Assembly: GCA_003212295.1 (NCBI GenBank) | Contig: QCQC01000003.1 | Span: forward strand, 405 to 64,404 | Direction: 5' to 3' | Source of the DNA: Pelagibacteraceae bacterium AG-447-E22 | Lineage (GTDB): Bacteria; Pseudomonadota; Alphaproteobacteria; Pelagibacterales; Pelagibacteraceae | Length of the DNA stretch: 64,000 bases | In this document: piece after piece, positions 38,253-48,351 of the stretch | How the letters are laid out: the number at the start of each line of letters is the position of its first letter | Position numbering within the stretch: the stretch's first letter is position 1 | Translations under genes and position numbers: made by a program | Notes under the pieces: model-generated | Databases searched by the model: none | The model's input: the letters and a program-made list of their open reading frames with translations, nothing else | What the model was told of the DNA's origin: nothing

Positions 38253-38975
38253 TTAAGTATAAATTTTCGCTATGTTTGTAGTATTTATATTAGATGAATT
38301 TTCATCAAATATAATTTTTCCATCCATTAAGCCAACTATTCTATCTGAGTATTTTTTTGCTAAATCTACTTGGTGAAGATTGCATAATATTGTTGTTCCA
38401 AAATCTTGGTTTATTCTTTTTAATAAAGATAAAATCAAATTTGCTGCTTTTGGATCAAGACTAGCGACAGGTTCATCAGCTAATAATAACAATGGTTTTT
38501 TTATAATAGCTCTAGCTATACCGATACGTTGTCTTTGACCACCTGATAACTCATCTGATCGACTGTATGATTTTTCTAGTAAACCAACTGTTTCTAGAGA
38601 TCTTAAAGCTTTAATTTTTTGATTTTTTGAAAATAAATAAAATAAAGATAAAAATTTATTACTCGAATTTAATAGACCTGTTAAAACATTATTTATAGCA
38701 GACAAATTATTAACTAAATTAAATTCTTGAAAAATCATTCCTGTTTTTTTTTGAACATCTAAAATCGTGTTCTTATTTACAATTTTATTATCAAAGTAAA
38801 TTTCTCCTCCACTTGTTGTTTCAAGTCCATTTATGCTTCTTAGTAAAGTTGTTTTACCTGATCCACTAGGTCCAAGAATACTTACAAACTCTCCTTTATT
38901 AATTTTTAAATTAATACCTTTTAAAGCTGGAGTTCCGTTATCAAAGGTTTTTTTAAGATCATTAATTTCAAGCAT
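38253..38975 (-). CDS. phnC: Phosphonate-type ABC transporter ATPase
   Basis: GPSGSGKTT, MIFQEFNLV, LSGGQRQR, ADEPVASLDP, NLHQVDLA. Confidence 0.92.
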   Translation of the reverse strand: MLEINDLKKTFDNGTPALKGINLKINKGEFVSILGPSGSGKTTLLRSINGLETTSGGEIYFDNKIVNKNTILDVQKKTGMIFQEFNLVNNLSAINNVLTGLLNSSNKFLSLFYLFSKNQKIKALRSLETVGLLEKSYSRSDELSGGQRQRIGIARAIIKKPLLLLADEPVASLDPKAANLILSLLKRINQDFGTTILCNLHQVDLAKKYSDRIVGLMDGKIIFDENSSNINTTNIAKIYT

Positions 38976-38991
38976 GATAGTTTTATTTTAA

Positions 38992-39846
38992 TTAGCTTTT
39001 ATCTTTATTTAATAGTTCAATAACTTCTCTTAAAACATTATAGTCAGAGTCTTTAACTTCCATGTAGTGGGACATCTTTCCACCATATCCACCTATCTCA
39101 CCATGTTTATGAGCTTCTAGTACTGCTTTCTTAATTTTATCTCTATCTTCTTTAGGTATCATTTTTGAATAAGCTAATGGTGGAGGGGGAACTCTATCAG
39201 ATTTGTGAATAATTCTTACATCTTCTTTTTTAAAAGTACCATCTTCTAATCTTGCCTCAAAATTTCTTGAGCTCATTCCACAAACATCAGATTGATTATT
39301 TAATACAGCTAACAAACAAGCATCATGACTCCCGGCATAAAAAACATTTTTAAAATGGTCTTTGTTTTTAATTGAAAGATTTATTTTGCTTAATTCTACT
39401 TGGGGTATTAAATCACCACTTGTTGATCCTATAGTATTAAGGGACAAAATTTTACCCCTCACGTCTTGAAATTTTTTTAAAGGACTGTCATTTTTGACAA
39501 CAAAATAAGTATAATAACCAGCATCTTTCTCACCTGGTCTTACACCTGCAGCAAAAGCTTCTGCATTAGCAATCTCAGCTGCTTTCACATATGTTTTTCC
39601 ACCGTACCAAGCTATATGAGCTCTACCTGCTCTCATTGCTTCAACAGCTGCATTATAATCTGTTACTTTAATCGTATCTATTTTAAGACCTGTAAGTTTT
39701 TCAGTGATTGCAATTAAACTTGTGTAGTCATTTTCATCACCCTTCTCACTCGCTGGCACAAATACCATTTTGTAAGTTTTTGTCTCTGCATTAAGAACAC
39801 TCGAAAAAAAAACAAATAATATAGTTAATATTAATTTTCTAATCAT
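38992..39846 (-). CDS. phnD: Phosphate/phosphite/phosphonate ABC substrate-binding protein
   Basis: Signal peptide, DYNAAVEAM, YY, STSG, GSHD motifs. Confidence 0.9.
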   Translation of the reverse strand: MIRKLILTILFVFFSSVLNAETKTYKMVFVPASEKGDENDYTSLIAITEKLTGLKIDTIKVTDYNAAVEAMRAGRAHIAWYGGKTYVKAAEIANAEAFAAGVRPGEKDAGYYTYFVVKNDSPLKKFQDVRGKILSLNTIGSTSGDLIPQVELSKINLSIKNKDHFKNVFYAGSHDACLLAVLNNQSDVCGMSSRNFEARLEDGTFKKEDVRIIHKSDRVPPPPLAYSKMIPKEDRDKIKKAVLEAHKHGEIGGYGGKMSHYMEVKDSDYNVLREVIELLNKDKS

Positions 39847-39929
39847 GATTCTCTGCTAATTATCATTAACTTTGTTCGCTTACAAGTTAATTTTAAAGAT
39901 ACAAGAAAGAATTATTAATTGAAAAAACC

Positions 39930-41048
39930 CTAATTTTTAGTGAATTTTTTATTAAAACCAATTAAGGCTTTTTTATAATCTTCCACAGTGTCTATTTCTT
40001 TCCACCCACTTTCAATAATAACACAATGTACTTTAATACCAATATCAACCAGTTCTTGAATAAAATCTGTTAGATAAGCTTTTTGGAAAATCTTAGCTCT
40101 CTGAAATGGTTTATTCCAATAAATCTTTTTTAATCTATGAAAATTTTCTTTAAATATCTTAGTTCCATGATCAGACAATTTGATCATTCCAATAAACTCA
40201 CCATGAACTTCTTGATTGCCTTTATTAATTTTACCAATCTTTTCAACTTCGTTATTTGAATTAAAAATTACATTTTCAGCTTCTGAAATTGGATGATCTT
40301 TTCTTCCAACATAATAACCTCTCCAATCAATATCAACCACAACAGAGATATCATGATTTGACTCTAGTGTTCGTTGAACTACTGACGAGTCGAATAATAT
40401 ATCAGAATATGAGATAATTATATTTCCGTTTATAACCTTTTCAGCATAAAAAATTGAATTTAAGATATTGTTATTACGGTAATCAGTGTTTTCAAAATAT
40501 TTTATACCTTTATATTTTATTTTTTCTTTTTTATAACCACGTATTAAAGATATATTTTCAACACCTGAATTTTTATAAGCTTCAAGCTGTCTTTGAAGTA
40601 AAGTTTTTCCACCAAAATCAAGCATACATTTTGGCAAATTTTCAGTGTGTTTTTTTAGTCTACTGCCTAGTCCTGCTGCAATAATTAAAGCCTTTGTTTT
40701 TTTTTTACTAATTGAGTTTTCTAATAATTCAATTTGTTTTTCGTTAAGATCATTTTCTTGGATAGTTCTTATTAGAGAATTAATTTTAGGATTTTTTGTA
40801 ATAAAATCATTTATATCTGGGGCCAAAGTTTTTTTTGAATACCCTGCTAAATCATTAAGTTTTTTAATATCGATAGATAAAATAGAAGAAATTTTTTTTA
40901 TAATATCTAATTTGGGAGCTGTTCTTTTTTCTTTTTCTATATCATTGAGATATGATGCTGATACCCCAATCTTAGATGCTAATGCTCTTTGTCCTATACC
41001 TTTTTGAATTCTTACCTCTCTTATAAATGGTCCAAATTTTTTGTTCAT
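39930..41048 (-). CDS. XRE-HTH / nucleotidyltransferase fusion (LicC/PntC-like cytidylyltransferase)
   Basis: N-terminal QRALASKIGVSASYLNDIE HTH; then IIAAGLGSRL...PKC, GYKKE, SYSD, GEFIG, WKEIDTVED. Confidence 0.85.
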   Translation of the reverse strand: MNKKFGPFIREVRIQKGIGQRALASKIGVSASYLNDIEKEKRTAPKLDIIKKISSILSIDIKKLNDLAGYSKKTLAPDINDFITKNPKINSLIRTIQENDLNEKQIELLENSISKKKTKALIIAAGLGSRLKKHTENLPKCMLDFGGKTLLQRQLEAYKNSGVENISLIRGYKKEKIKYKGIKYFENTDYRNNNILNSIFYAEKVINGNIIISYSDILFDSSVVQRTLESNHDISVVVDIDWRGYYVGRKDHPISEAENVIFNSNNEVEKIGKINKGNQEVHGEFIGMIKLSDHGTKIFKENFHRLKKIYWNKPFQRAKIFQKAYLTDFIQELVDIGIKVHCVIIESGWKEIDTVEDYKKALIGFNKKFTKN

Positions 41049-41062
41049 TTGTTAATTAATAT

Positions 41063-42187
41063 TTAAAAACATATTTTTGAAAAATTTTTATCAAAATAAT
41101 CTATAGTATTTCCATAATTATAAAAATTATTTTTTAAGAAATTATCAATTTCTTTTTTATCAAAACTTGCTATTGCCTTATTTATAACTTTTTCAATTTC
41201 ATTTAATTCATGTTTATTAAATTCATATCCAAATTTATCTTTAATAGTGTCTTCTATTGGAATTAAGCCCTTAAACTTCTCAAAACTTTCATTATGCACT
41301 TTGTCAAAATCACTATAAAAAATTACAGGTTTTTTAAATAACATCATGTATTCTATTGATATACCTGAATTATCAGTGATTAAACATTTTGCATTTTTCA
41401 TTGCTTCTAAATTTTCAGAATCATTATCAAATAAAAAATTTTTATGTTTAAATTTTTCTTTATAAGACTCCATTAAATTTTGTGATCTTTTTACTGTTTC
41501 TGGATGAGGTCTAAATCTAACTTTATAACCAGAGTTTAACAAATTTTTAAGAATTTCCTCGAAATCTTCGTTAATAAAGTTGAGCCTATTTTTATTCCAA
41601 GATGGAGCAACTAAAATTTCGCTATCATTTTGCGACCCTTCAATTTTGTCTTTCAAGTAATCAAAATAAAAAAATCCTGATTTTATTAGTTTTTTTTCTT
41701 TTAAATTATCTAACTCTTCTCTTTGTCGAATTTCTTTAATTTGATATTCACCATTACATAATATTGTGTCGTAGTTATCAAAAGCTGTTGATGTATAAAT
41801 TCGAGTCGTACTTACTGCACCATGGAAAAAATAAACATAATTTTTTACAAAACCGTTTCTCTTAATAATGTTGTTATTAAGATCAGTCAAAGTCATAAAT
41901 AAATTGTCTGTTGTAATGCTTTTAAAGAAATACTGTAATAAAAAACCATGGCCAATATAGAAATTAACTACATTTAAATCTGGTACTTTATCTTTAATAT
42001 CTGATGATACATAATATACCTCCCCTGGATATTTTTTTGATAAATATTCTAGTATTGGATAACCATACTTCAAATATGCCTTATTCTCAGAATAAAAAAT
42101 AAATCTTGGTTTTATTTTATTAATATTATTAATTTCCTTAAATTTTAGAAAAAAATTTTTAAGATTATTTGATAATTTTTTTAACAT
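41063..42187 (-). CDS. CDP-glycerol glycerophosphotransferase (TagB/TagF-like) family protein
   Basis: YFFHG, ILVAPSW, FRPHP, LITDNSGISIEY, KPVIF motifs. Confidence 0.78.
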   Translation of the reverse strand: MLKKLSNNLKNFFLKFKEINNINKIKPRFIFYSENKAYLKYGYPILEYLSKKYPGEVYYVSSDIKDKVPDLNVVNFYIGHGFLLQYFFKSITTDNLFMTLTDLNNNIIKRNGFVKNYVYFFHGAVSTTRIYTSTAFDNYDTILCNGEYQIKEIRQREELDNLKEKKLIKSGFFYFDYLKDKIEGSQNDSEILVAPSWNKNRLNFINEDFEEILKNLLNSGYKVRFRPHPETVKRSQNLMESYKEKFKHKNFLFDNDSENLEAMKNAKCLITDNSGISIEYMMLFKKPVIFYSDFDKVHNESFEKFKGLIPIEDTIKDKFGYEFNKHELNEIEKVINKAIASFDKKEIDNFLKNNFYNYGNTIDYFDKNFSKICF

Positions 42188-42193
42188 CTTTTA

Positions 42194-43384
42194 TCATTTA
42201 GCTCTTCCATAAATATCTTGATATCTCACAATATCACTTTCTTTTAAAATTGAACCTACTTGAGCTTCAATAATTTTTACTGGTTTTTTATAAGGATTTT
42301 CTATCCTATGAACTGCGCCTAATGGAACAAAAATAGTTTCATCGGGTTTCATAGTAAAATATCTCTTATCTAAAGTAATTTTAGGTTTACCATGTGTAAC
42401 TACCCAATGCTCAGCTCTATGATGATGTTTTTGAAGACTTAATATGCCTTTGGGCTTTACATATAATTCTTTTATTAAAAATTCTTTACCATTAAATAGA
42501 TTTACATAACTACCCCAAGGTCTATAAAATACATTTTTCTTTTTGAAATACTGTTTTTTATTTCTTCCGTACATTTTGCAGATTTCTTTCCAAGATCCTA
42601 AATCAGACCAAGGTATATCTAATTTAATAGCATTAATGTCTCTATTTTTTTCTAATATTGCATAGTCAAAAGACTTAGCTGATGTTTTGGCAAATGCATG
42701 TTTGTTTAAATAATACACATTATTTTTATGTTTTGATTTTGTTACTGCTTTTTTACAATTTCGGTAAATATTTGGTTGGTATTTTTTGAAATTATTAATA
42801 ATTGAGTCTTTTCGCAAATAAAACATCCCTGAATTCCAGTAACCTTTTTTATTAATTATTTGTTTAGCTTTAGCTTCTTTTGGTTTTTCTACAAATCTGG
42901 TTACTTTATTATTTTTCGTTAAAAAATAACCAAACTCACTTGAAGGTGTTTTTGGCTTTATACCAAAAATAAATATATTATTATGAGTAAGCTTTTTTTG
43001 GTTTTTTTTAATAGCTTTATTAAATAAACCAACTTTCTCCATTAAATGATCAGCAGCAAAAAACATTAAAGGTTGTTCGTTTGGTATATCATTAATTAAT
43101 GCCGTGCTTAAAATAGCTGGAGCTGTATTTTTTTTTGAAGGTTCTAAAACTATCTTAAATTTTCTTATTTGATGTTTCTTTAAATGTTGCTTAACTTGTT
43201 TTAGATATTTTGAATTAGTGCTTATAATTGGTTCATCGAATATAGAGGCTTTTACTCTTTCAAGAGTTTTTCCTAATAAAGTCCAATTACCAAAATCTAT
43301 AAATTGTTTTGCTTGATGCTTTTTGGTATTTGGCCAAAGTCTTGTACCTGCTCCACCGCACAAAATAATTGGACGAATTTTCAT
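42194..43384 (-). CDS. manC: Mannose-1-phosphate guanylyltransferase / mannose-6-phosphate isomerase
   Basis: ILCGGAGTRLWP, FVEKP, WNSGMF, WSDLGSW, RPWG, SLQKHHHRAEHW cupin. Confidence 0.93.
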   Translation of the reverse strand: MKIRPIILCGGAGTRLWPNTKKHQAKQFIDFGNWTLLGKTLERVKASIFDEPIISTNSKYLKQVKQHLKKHQIRKFKIVLEPSKKNTAPAILSTALINDIPNEQPLMFFAADHLMEKVGLFNKAIKKNQKKLTHNNIFIFGIKPKTPSSEFGYFLTKNNKVTRFVEKPKEAKAKQIINKKGYWNSGMFYLRKDSIINNFKKYQPNIYRNCKKAVTKSKHKNNVYYLNKHAFAKTSAKSFDYAILEKNRDINAIKLDIPWSDLGSWKEICKMYGRNKKQYFKKKNVFYRPWGSYVNLFNGKEFLIKELYVKPKGILSLQKHHHRAEHWVVTHGKPKITLDKRYFTMKPDETIFVPLGAVHRIENPYKKPVKIIEAQVGSILKESDIVRYQDIYGRAK

Positions 43385-44484
43385 TAAATTAATTCCTGTT
43401 TTGTAATTTTAATATTATATCCTTCTAATCCAATAACTTTTTTTGGTGATTTTGTGATTAAAATCATCTTACTTATATTTAGATCTTTTATTATTTGTGC
43501 ACCAATACCATAATTTCTTATGAGTTTATCGTTACCTTTTTTATAAAAATTCTTATTTTTATAGTCTTTTAAAGTTTGGGTAACTGACTTAAGGTTTGTG
43601 TCCTTTATAAAAACTAAAACGCAATTATTAAATCTTTTAAAATAATTTAAAGTTTTGTTGAATGAATTGGGTAATTGTTGATTTATCAAATAATTATGCA
43701 CTACATTTGACGAGATAACTCTTACACGTGGTATAATTCCTTTTTTTGTTGAACCTTTGACAAGCGCAAAATGTTCTGATCCATCTAATAAATTTTCGTA
43801 AATCTTGATTTTGTACTTTTGTTCTTTAACTTTAATATCTGATGATTTTTTTAATTTAATTAATTTTTCCTTTTTTAATCTATATGAAATAAGATCTTCA
43901 ATTTTTCCAATCTTTAACTTATGTTTTTTTGCAAAATTGAATAAATCCTGACCTTTAGCCATTGTACCATCTTCATTCATTATTTCACATATCACAGCAG
44001 AATTATTTTTTTTAGCTAATTTAGAAATATCGACTGAAGCTTCTGTGTGGCCAGCTCTAACTAAAACACCACCATCTTTTGCAATAATTGGAAAAACATG
44101 CCCAGGTGAAACAATTTCATTTTTATTTACATTTTTTTTCGATGCAATTTTAATTGTTCTCGCTCTATCTTTAGCAGATATGCCGGTTGTAATTCCCTTC
44201 TTAGCCTCAATAGATACAGTAAAAGCAGTTTTGTTTCTTGATTGATTAACTGGAGACATTAATGACAAATTTAGTCGTTTAGCTTGTAAACTATCTAAAG
44301 CCAAGCAAATTAACCCTCTTCCATATTTTGCCATAAAGTTTATATTTTTTGAATTAGTATCTGATGTTGAAATTACAAGGTCACCTTCATTTTCTCTTTT
44401 TTCATCATCAACAAGTATGAACATTCCTCCTTTTCTGGCAATTTTAATGATAGTTTCTATAGAAGAATAATTATTTTTTTTCAT
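43384..44484 (-). CDS. ribB: DHBP synthase with degenerate GTP cyclohydrolase II domain (RibBX-type)
   Basis: DDEKRENEGD, PGHVFP, RAGHTEA, CEIMNEDG; the C-terminal domain keeps YGIGAQI but lacks HSEC...CDC. Confidence 0.92.
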   Translation of the reverse strand: MKKNNYSSIETIIKIARKGGMFILVDDEKRENEGDLVISTSDTNSKNINFMAKYGRGLICLALDSLQAKRLNLSLMSPVNQSRNKTAFTVSIEAKKGITTGISAKDRARTIKIASKKNVNKNEIVSPGHVFPIIAKDGGVLVRAGHTEASVDISKLAKKNNSAVICEIMNEDGTMAKGQDLFNFAKKHKLKIGKIEDLISYRLKKEKLIKLKKSSDIKVKEQKYKIKIYENLLDGSEHFALVKGSTKKGIIPRVRVISSNVVHNYLINQQLPNSFNKTLNYFKRFNNCVLVFIKDTNLKSVTQTLKDYKNKNFYKKGNDKLIRNYGIGAQIIKDLNISKMILITKSPKKVIGLEGYNIKITKQELI

Positions 44485-45064
44485 GAAAAAAATTTTTAAC
44501 GTATTTTGAGAGAATATCTATTTCAATGTTAACAAGACTATTTTTTTTAAGATTTGATAAATTAGTTAATCTAAAAGTGTGTGGAATTACCCAAATTTGA
44601 AAACCTTTTTTTGTTTTTTTTGAAATTGTTAATGAAATTCCATTAATACAAATTGAGGCTTTTTCAATAATATTTTTCCTTTCTTTTATATTTATTTCAA
44701 AATCAAAGATAAAAGATTTATCTACTTTTTTAACACTTAAAACTTTACCAGTAGTATCAACATGTCCTTGACATATATGGCCTGAAATTTTTTGACCATA
44801 TCTTAGTGGAAGTTCTAAGTTGATTAGATCTTTTACCTTTAAAAATTTAAATTTTGATCTTTTTACAGTTTCGTTTGATAAATAAAATTCCATAATTTTT
44901 TTTTTTAAGGTGATAAGTGTCAAACATACACCATCACAAGCAATAGAAACTCCAATATCTTTATTAGTTAATTTTAGATCTGACTTAACAAAAATATTTA
45001 TACCTTTAGATCTTTTGGATATTTTTGTTATTAAGCCTTTATTAAATATAATTCCATTAAACAT
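44471..45064 (-). CDS. ribE: Riboflavin synthase
   Basis: MFNGII, DGVCLT, GHICQGHVD, NGISLT, VNIEID. Confidence 0.94.
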   Translation of the reverse strand: MFNGIIFNKGLITKISKRSKGINIFVKSDLKLTNKDIGVSIACDGVCLTLITLKKKIMEFYLSNETVKRSKFKFLKVKDLINLELPLRYGQKISGHICQGHVDTTGKVLSVKKVDKSFIFDFEINIKERKNIIEKASICINGISLTISKKTKKGFQIWVIPHTFRLTNLSNLKKNSLVNIEIDILSKYVKNFFHEKK

Positions 45065-46171
45065 TTATCTTTTATAAATTGTAATATTATCTTTTGCTAG
45101 CTTAGAACTGATTTTGAATTTATTTTTAAATCTGTTATTTAGTAAGCTAAAAGATGTGAAAATTTGGTGTTTTTTATTAATTAATATTTTTTTTGGACTT
45201 TCAAAAAGATAAAATTTATCAATTAATTTATTTTTAATGAGATTCTTGGTGATCTTATCGCCACCCTCAACTAACAAATTTCTAGTTCCTAAAGTATACA
45301 ATTTTTTTAAAATTATTATGAAATCAAATAATTCATTACTATCTACCTTAGATTTAATTAAAATTATTCCTTTTTTCTTAAAAATTTGTTTTTTTCTATT
45401 GTCTGATGAATTGTGAAATATTATCGTATTATTTTTTTTTGCAGATTTAAAAATATAACTATTTAAGTTTGTCTTTAAATGTTTATCTAAAACTATTCTT
45501 CTTGGTGAAAATTTTTCGAATCCTTTCAATCTACAATTTAGTTTTGGATTATCAATGTTGAGTGTTTTAGAGGAAATCATTATTGAATCATTCTTATATC
45601 TCAAATAGTGAGTTAATTTATCAGAAGATTTATCAGTTATTCTTTTAGTTCCTTTACTGTAAATCAATTTATTATTTGAAACAGCAATTTTCCCAGTCAC
45701 ATAAGGTAATTTTTTATTCCTGTTTACAAAATAAGAATCGTATAAATTTTTTGCTTCTGATTTTAATAGACCTTTTTTAACCTTTATTTTTTTTTTTGAC
45801 AAAATTCTAAAACTTTTTCCTTTCACTTTTTTATCAATATCATCTATCGCATAGATAATTTCACTAATACCACTATTGATTATGCTATTTGTGCATGGAG
45901 GTGTTTTTCCATAATGATTACAAGGCTCCAGTGTTACATACATTTTTGAACCTTTAATTTTTTCTAAAGAATTATTTATTGCGTTATATTCTGCATGAGG
46001 TCTTCCATTATACCCTGTTCTACCAATAGAAATGATTTTATCATTTTTTACGATCAAACATCCAACTGATGGATTATCTCCAGTTAAACCTTTTCGACTA
46101 CTTGCTAAATTTAAAGCAAGACGCATATATTTTTTATCTTTTAAAGAAAATTTATCTTTTTTTGTAGACAT
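45065..46171 (-). CDS. ribD: Riboflavin deaminase/reductase
   Basis: [29 protein letters not shown]. Confidence 0.95.
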   Translation of the reverse strand: MSTKKDKFSLKDKKYMRLALNLASSRKGLTGDNPSVGCLIVKNDKIISIGRTGYNGRPHAEYNAINNSLEKIKGSKMYVTLEPCNHYGKTPPCTNSIINSGISEIIYAIDDIDKKVKGKSFRILSKKKIKVKKGLLKSEAKNLYDSYFVNRNKKLPYVTGKIAVSNNKLIYSKGTKRITDKSSDKLTHYLRYKNDSIMISSKTLNIDNPKLNCRLKGFEKFSPRRIVLDKHLKTNLNSYIFKSAKKNNTIIFHNSSDNRKKQIFKKKGIILIKSKVDSNELFDFIIILKKLYTLGTRNLLVEGGDKITKNLIKNKLIDKFYLFESPKKILINKKHQIFTSFSLLNNRFKNKFKISSKLAKDNITIYKR

Positions 46172-46610
46172 CTAGTTTGTCGACAAATTGAACAAAATCT
46201 TTCTCTTCTCTAAAATTTCTATAAACTGACGCAAATCGTACATATGCAACTGGGTCAAGTTCCTTTAATCCTTCCATCACTATTGTACCAATGGTGCTTG
46301 TGGGAATTTCACTTTGACCTAATTCCTCTAAAGATCGAGAAATTCTACTAATAAATTTTTCTGTAGTTTCAGTATCAATTGGTCTCTTTTTTAAAGCAAT
46401 AAAAATTGACTTTGCTAATTTTTCTCTGTCAAAAGAGGATTTTCTTCCATTTTTCTTAACAACCATTATTTCTCTATATTGAACTCTTTCAAAAGTTGTA
46501 AATCTTGCACCACAAATACAAAGTCTTCTTCTACGTATAGCTGTGCCATCCTCAGTTGGTCTTGAGTCGACTACTGAAGTCTCTCCTTTTTTACATATGG
46601 AACAAATCAT
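46152..46610 (-). CDS. nrdR: Transcriptional repressor NrdR
   Basis: CxxC...DSR...RRRR...RFTTFE, ATP cone, [10 protein letters not shown]. Confidence 0.96.
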   Translation of the reverse strand: MICSICKKGETSVVDSRPTEDGTAIRRRRLCICGARFTTFERVQYREIMVVKKNGRKSSFDREKLAKSIFIALKKRPIDTETTEKFISRISRSLEELGQSEIPTSTIGTIVMEGLKELDPVAYVRFASVYRNFREEKDFVQFVDKLDVYKKR

Positions 46611-47920
46611 TTATTTAAATTTTTATAAATTGGAAAATTTGAGCATAAGTTTATTACTTCATTTCTCACTTCATTTTCCACTTTACTATTGTCCTCGGGA
46701 TTTTCAGATAATCCTTTAATAACTTTTGTTATCAAGTTACCAACTTTTTCAAATTCCTTTAAACCAAATCCTCTTGTAGTAGCTGCTTGTGAACCTAATC
46801 TGATACCTGATGTGATCATAGGTTTTTCAGTATCAAATGGTATTCCATTTTTATTACAAGTAATATTTGCTCTACACAAACTTTCTGAAGCTAAATTTCC
46901 TTTCACATTAAATGGTCTTAAATCAACTAACATTAAATGTGTATCAGTACCACCTGAGTAAATTTTAAATCCATTGTTCTTCAAAGTCTCGGCAAGTATC
47001 TTTGCATTAGCCAAAACATTTTTTATATAATTTTGAAATTCAGGTTTTAAAGCTTCAAAAAAACCAGCTGCCTTTGCTGCAATGATGTGCATTAATGGTC
47101 CTCCTTGATAACCTGGAAATACAGCTGTATCAAATTTTTTTCCTAAATCTAAATCATTTGATAAGATGATACCACCTCTGGCACTTCTAAAAACTTTATG
47201 TGTTGTAGAAGTTACAACATGAGCATAATCACAAGGATTAGGATAACCTTTTCCTGCAACTAAACCTGAAAAGTGAGCCATATCTACCATTAAATATGCA
47301 CCAACTTTATCAGCAATTTCTCTAAATCTTTTAAAATCAATTACTCTTGAATACGCGCTTCCACCTGCAATAATAAGTTTGGGTTTATGCTCTAATGCAA
47401 GTTTTTCAACATTATCATAATCAATAAGTTCTGATTTTTTATCTACATCATAACTAATTGCATTAAACCATTTACCAGACATCGAAATTTTTAATCCATG
47501 AGTTATATGACCTCCTGAATTCAAACTCATACCCATAAATGTATCATTTGGTTTTAATAAAGCTAAAAATACTGCACCATTTGCTTGAGCTCCAGAGTGT
47601 GGTTGAACATTTGCATATTTACAATTGAAAAGTTTTTTAATTCTCTCTAATGCCAATTGTTCAGCTACATCTACATGTTCACAGCCATTATAATATCTTT
47701 TACCAGGATATCCCTCAGCATATTTGTTTGTAAGAACCGAACCTTGAGCCTCTAATACAGCCTGAGAAACTATATTTTCTGATGCAATTAATTCAATGTG
47801 ATTTTGTTGTCTTATTAATTCATCATTAATAGCTTTAAATAAATCTGGATCAGATTTAGAAAGACTTTTTTCAAAAAAATCTTGATAACTTGAGTTCAAA
47901 TATTTTGTTTCACTAGACAT
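46607..47920 (-). CDS. glyA: Serine hydroxymethyltransferase
   Basis: [26 protein letters not shown]. Confidence 0.98.
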   Translation of the reverse strand: MSSETKYLNSSYQDFFEKSLSKSDPDLFKAINDELIRQQNHIELIASENIVSQAVLEAQGSVLTNKYAEGYPGKRYYNGCEHVDVAEQLALERIKKLFNCKYANVQPHSGAQANGAVFLALLKPNDTFMGMSLNSGGHITHGLKISMSGKWFNAISYDVDKKSELIDYDNVEKLALEHKPKLIIAGGSAYSRVIDFKRFREIADKVGAYLMVDMAHFSGLVAGKGYPNPCDYAHVVTSTTHKVFRSARGGIILSNDLDLGKKFDTAVFPGYQGGPLMHIIAAKAAGFFEALKPEFQNYIKNVLANAKILAETLKNNGFKIYSGGTDTHLMLVDLRPFNVKGNLASESLCRANITCNKNGIPFDTEKPMITSGIRLGSQAATTRGFGLKEFEKVGNLITKVIKGLSENPEDNSKVENEVRNEVINLCSNFPIYKNLNK

Positions 47921-47924
47921 TTCT

Positions 47925-48350
47925 TTAAATTTTTTTCACTCTTTTTTTATGCCTACCGCCTTCAAACTTTGTATTTACAAAAATATCAATACATTTAAAA
48001 GCAATATTTTTTTTTGTTAATCTAGATCCTAATGTAATAACATTTGCGTTGTTATGCAATCTAGATAATTTTGCGTTTTTTATAGAATAACATACAGCAG
48101 CCCTTATTTTTTTGTGTCTGTTTGCCGCCATAGACATACCCATCCCAGATCCACAAATCAAAATACCAATATTTTTACTATTTTTGGAAACTTTTTTGCA
48201 AAGTTTATGAGCATAATCAGGGTAATTAACAGAAGTCTTTGAGTTATCTGTGCCCAAATCTATAAAAGAGTATTTCTTTTTAAAATTCATCTTGATTTGC
48301 TCTTTAAGATTAAATCCTGCGTGATCTGATGAGATAAATAATTTTTTCAA
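47925..48350 (-). CDS. rpiB: Ribose-5-phosphate isomerase B
   Basis: SDHAG, CGSGMG, HNNAN, FEGGRH; TTG start. Confidence 0.95.
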   Translation of the reverse strand: MKKLFISSDHAGFNLKEQIKMNFKKKYSFIDLGTDNSKTSVNYPDYAHKLCKKVSKNSKNIGILICGSGMGMSMAANRHKKIRAAVCYSIKNAKLSRLHNNANVITLGSRLTKKNIAFKCIDIFVNTKFEGGRHKKRVKKI

Positions 48351-48351
48351 T

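Noticed and set aside
46505-46530. NrdR second zinc knuckle shortened to CIC as a frameshift or pseudogene
   Set aside because: The reading frame is intact, four Cys remain and all downstream motifs are present; this is a minor variant.
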